Assembly (NCBI RefSeq): GCF_024521635.1
Contig: NW_026250421.1
Span: 248,001 to 312,000, forward strand
DNA length: 64,000 nt
Reading direction: 5' to 3'
Origin: Tricharina praecox
Lineage: Eukaryota
In this document: piece after piece, positions 63,742-64,000 of the stretch
How the letters are laid out: each line of letters starts with the position of its first letter
How positions within the stretch are numbered: the first letter of the stretch is position 1
Notes under the pieces: generated by a model
The model's database searches: none
The model's input: only the letters and a program-made list of their open reading frames with translations
Told to the model about the DNA's origin: nothing
Made by a program: the position numbers and the translations under genes

Positions 63742-64000
63742 GCTCCCACCCACAACCACTGCAATCGAGCCGGAAAGTGCCGGCCGAATGCCGCAGTCAC
63801 GGTGTTCACTCACTATTCGTTAACTTACCCTGAAGTTTGAAGTTTTAACTCTGCGCTGAGCTGATCCGCGCAGGTCACCGGCTGGCACTCGCGACGACTC
63901 GAACTGTTCGGGCCAATTTCCAGCGAGCGAGCCGGGAGGATATCTGGGTAAGTATACATATACAGGTAAGTATAGGCTGGATCACCCATGCCCCTGCAGT

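Noticed and set aside
63955..63975. Minus-strand ATACTTACCTG resembling the U1 snRNA 5' end
   Set aside because: No U1 stem-loops or Sm site follow; better explained as plus-strand splice donors.

Overview
Eukaryotic, intron-rich fungal DNA. Introns are mostly 50-100 nt with GT..AG ends and CTAAC/CTGAC branch sites, and the proteins look like filamentous ascomycete (Pezizomycotina) proteins; a pezizomycete origin is my guess only. About 17 protein-coding genes can be assembled by hand-splicing. They include a Zip2/SHOC1-like XPF-fold protein, an HSP20 with a perfect heat-shock element, an alkyltransferase-like ATL1, PEX12, a GT8 glycosyltransferase, an EF-hand external NADH dehydrogenase, ESF1, the URA2/pyr-3 multifunctional enzyme, a YVC1/TRP-like channel, an intronless METTL4-like MT-A70 methyltransferase, a Jsn1/Puf2-like RRM-Pumilio protein, several orphans, and a head-to-head pair of paralogous 12-cysteine surface proteins (one single-pass, one GPI-type). 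There is also one intron-containing tRNA-Arg(CCT), several microsatellites and a MITE-like relic. The best leads are the receptor/GPI paralog pair, a Pol III-like non-tRNA small RNA candidate near 6.8 kb beside a hairpin-rich block, and a strongly over-represented intergenic heptamer TAGAGTA/TACTCTA. All family assignments come from motif recognition by eye; no database searches were run.
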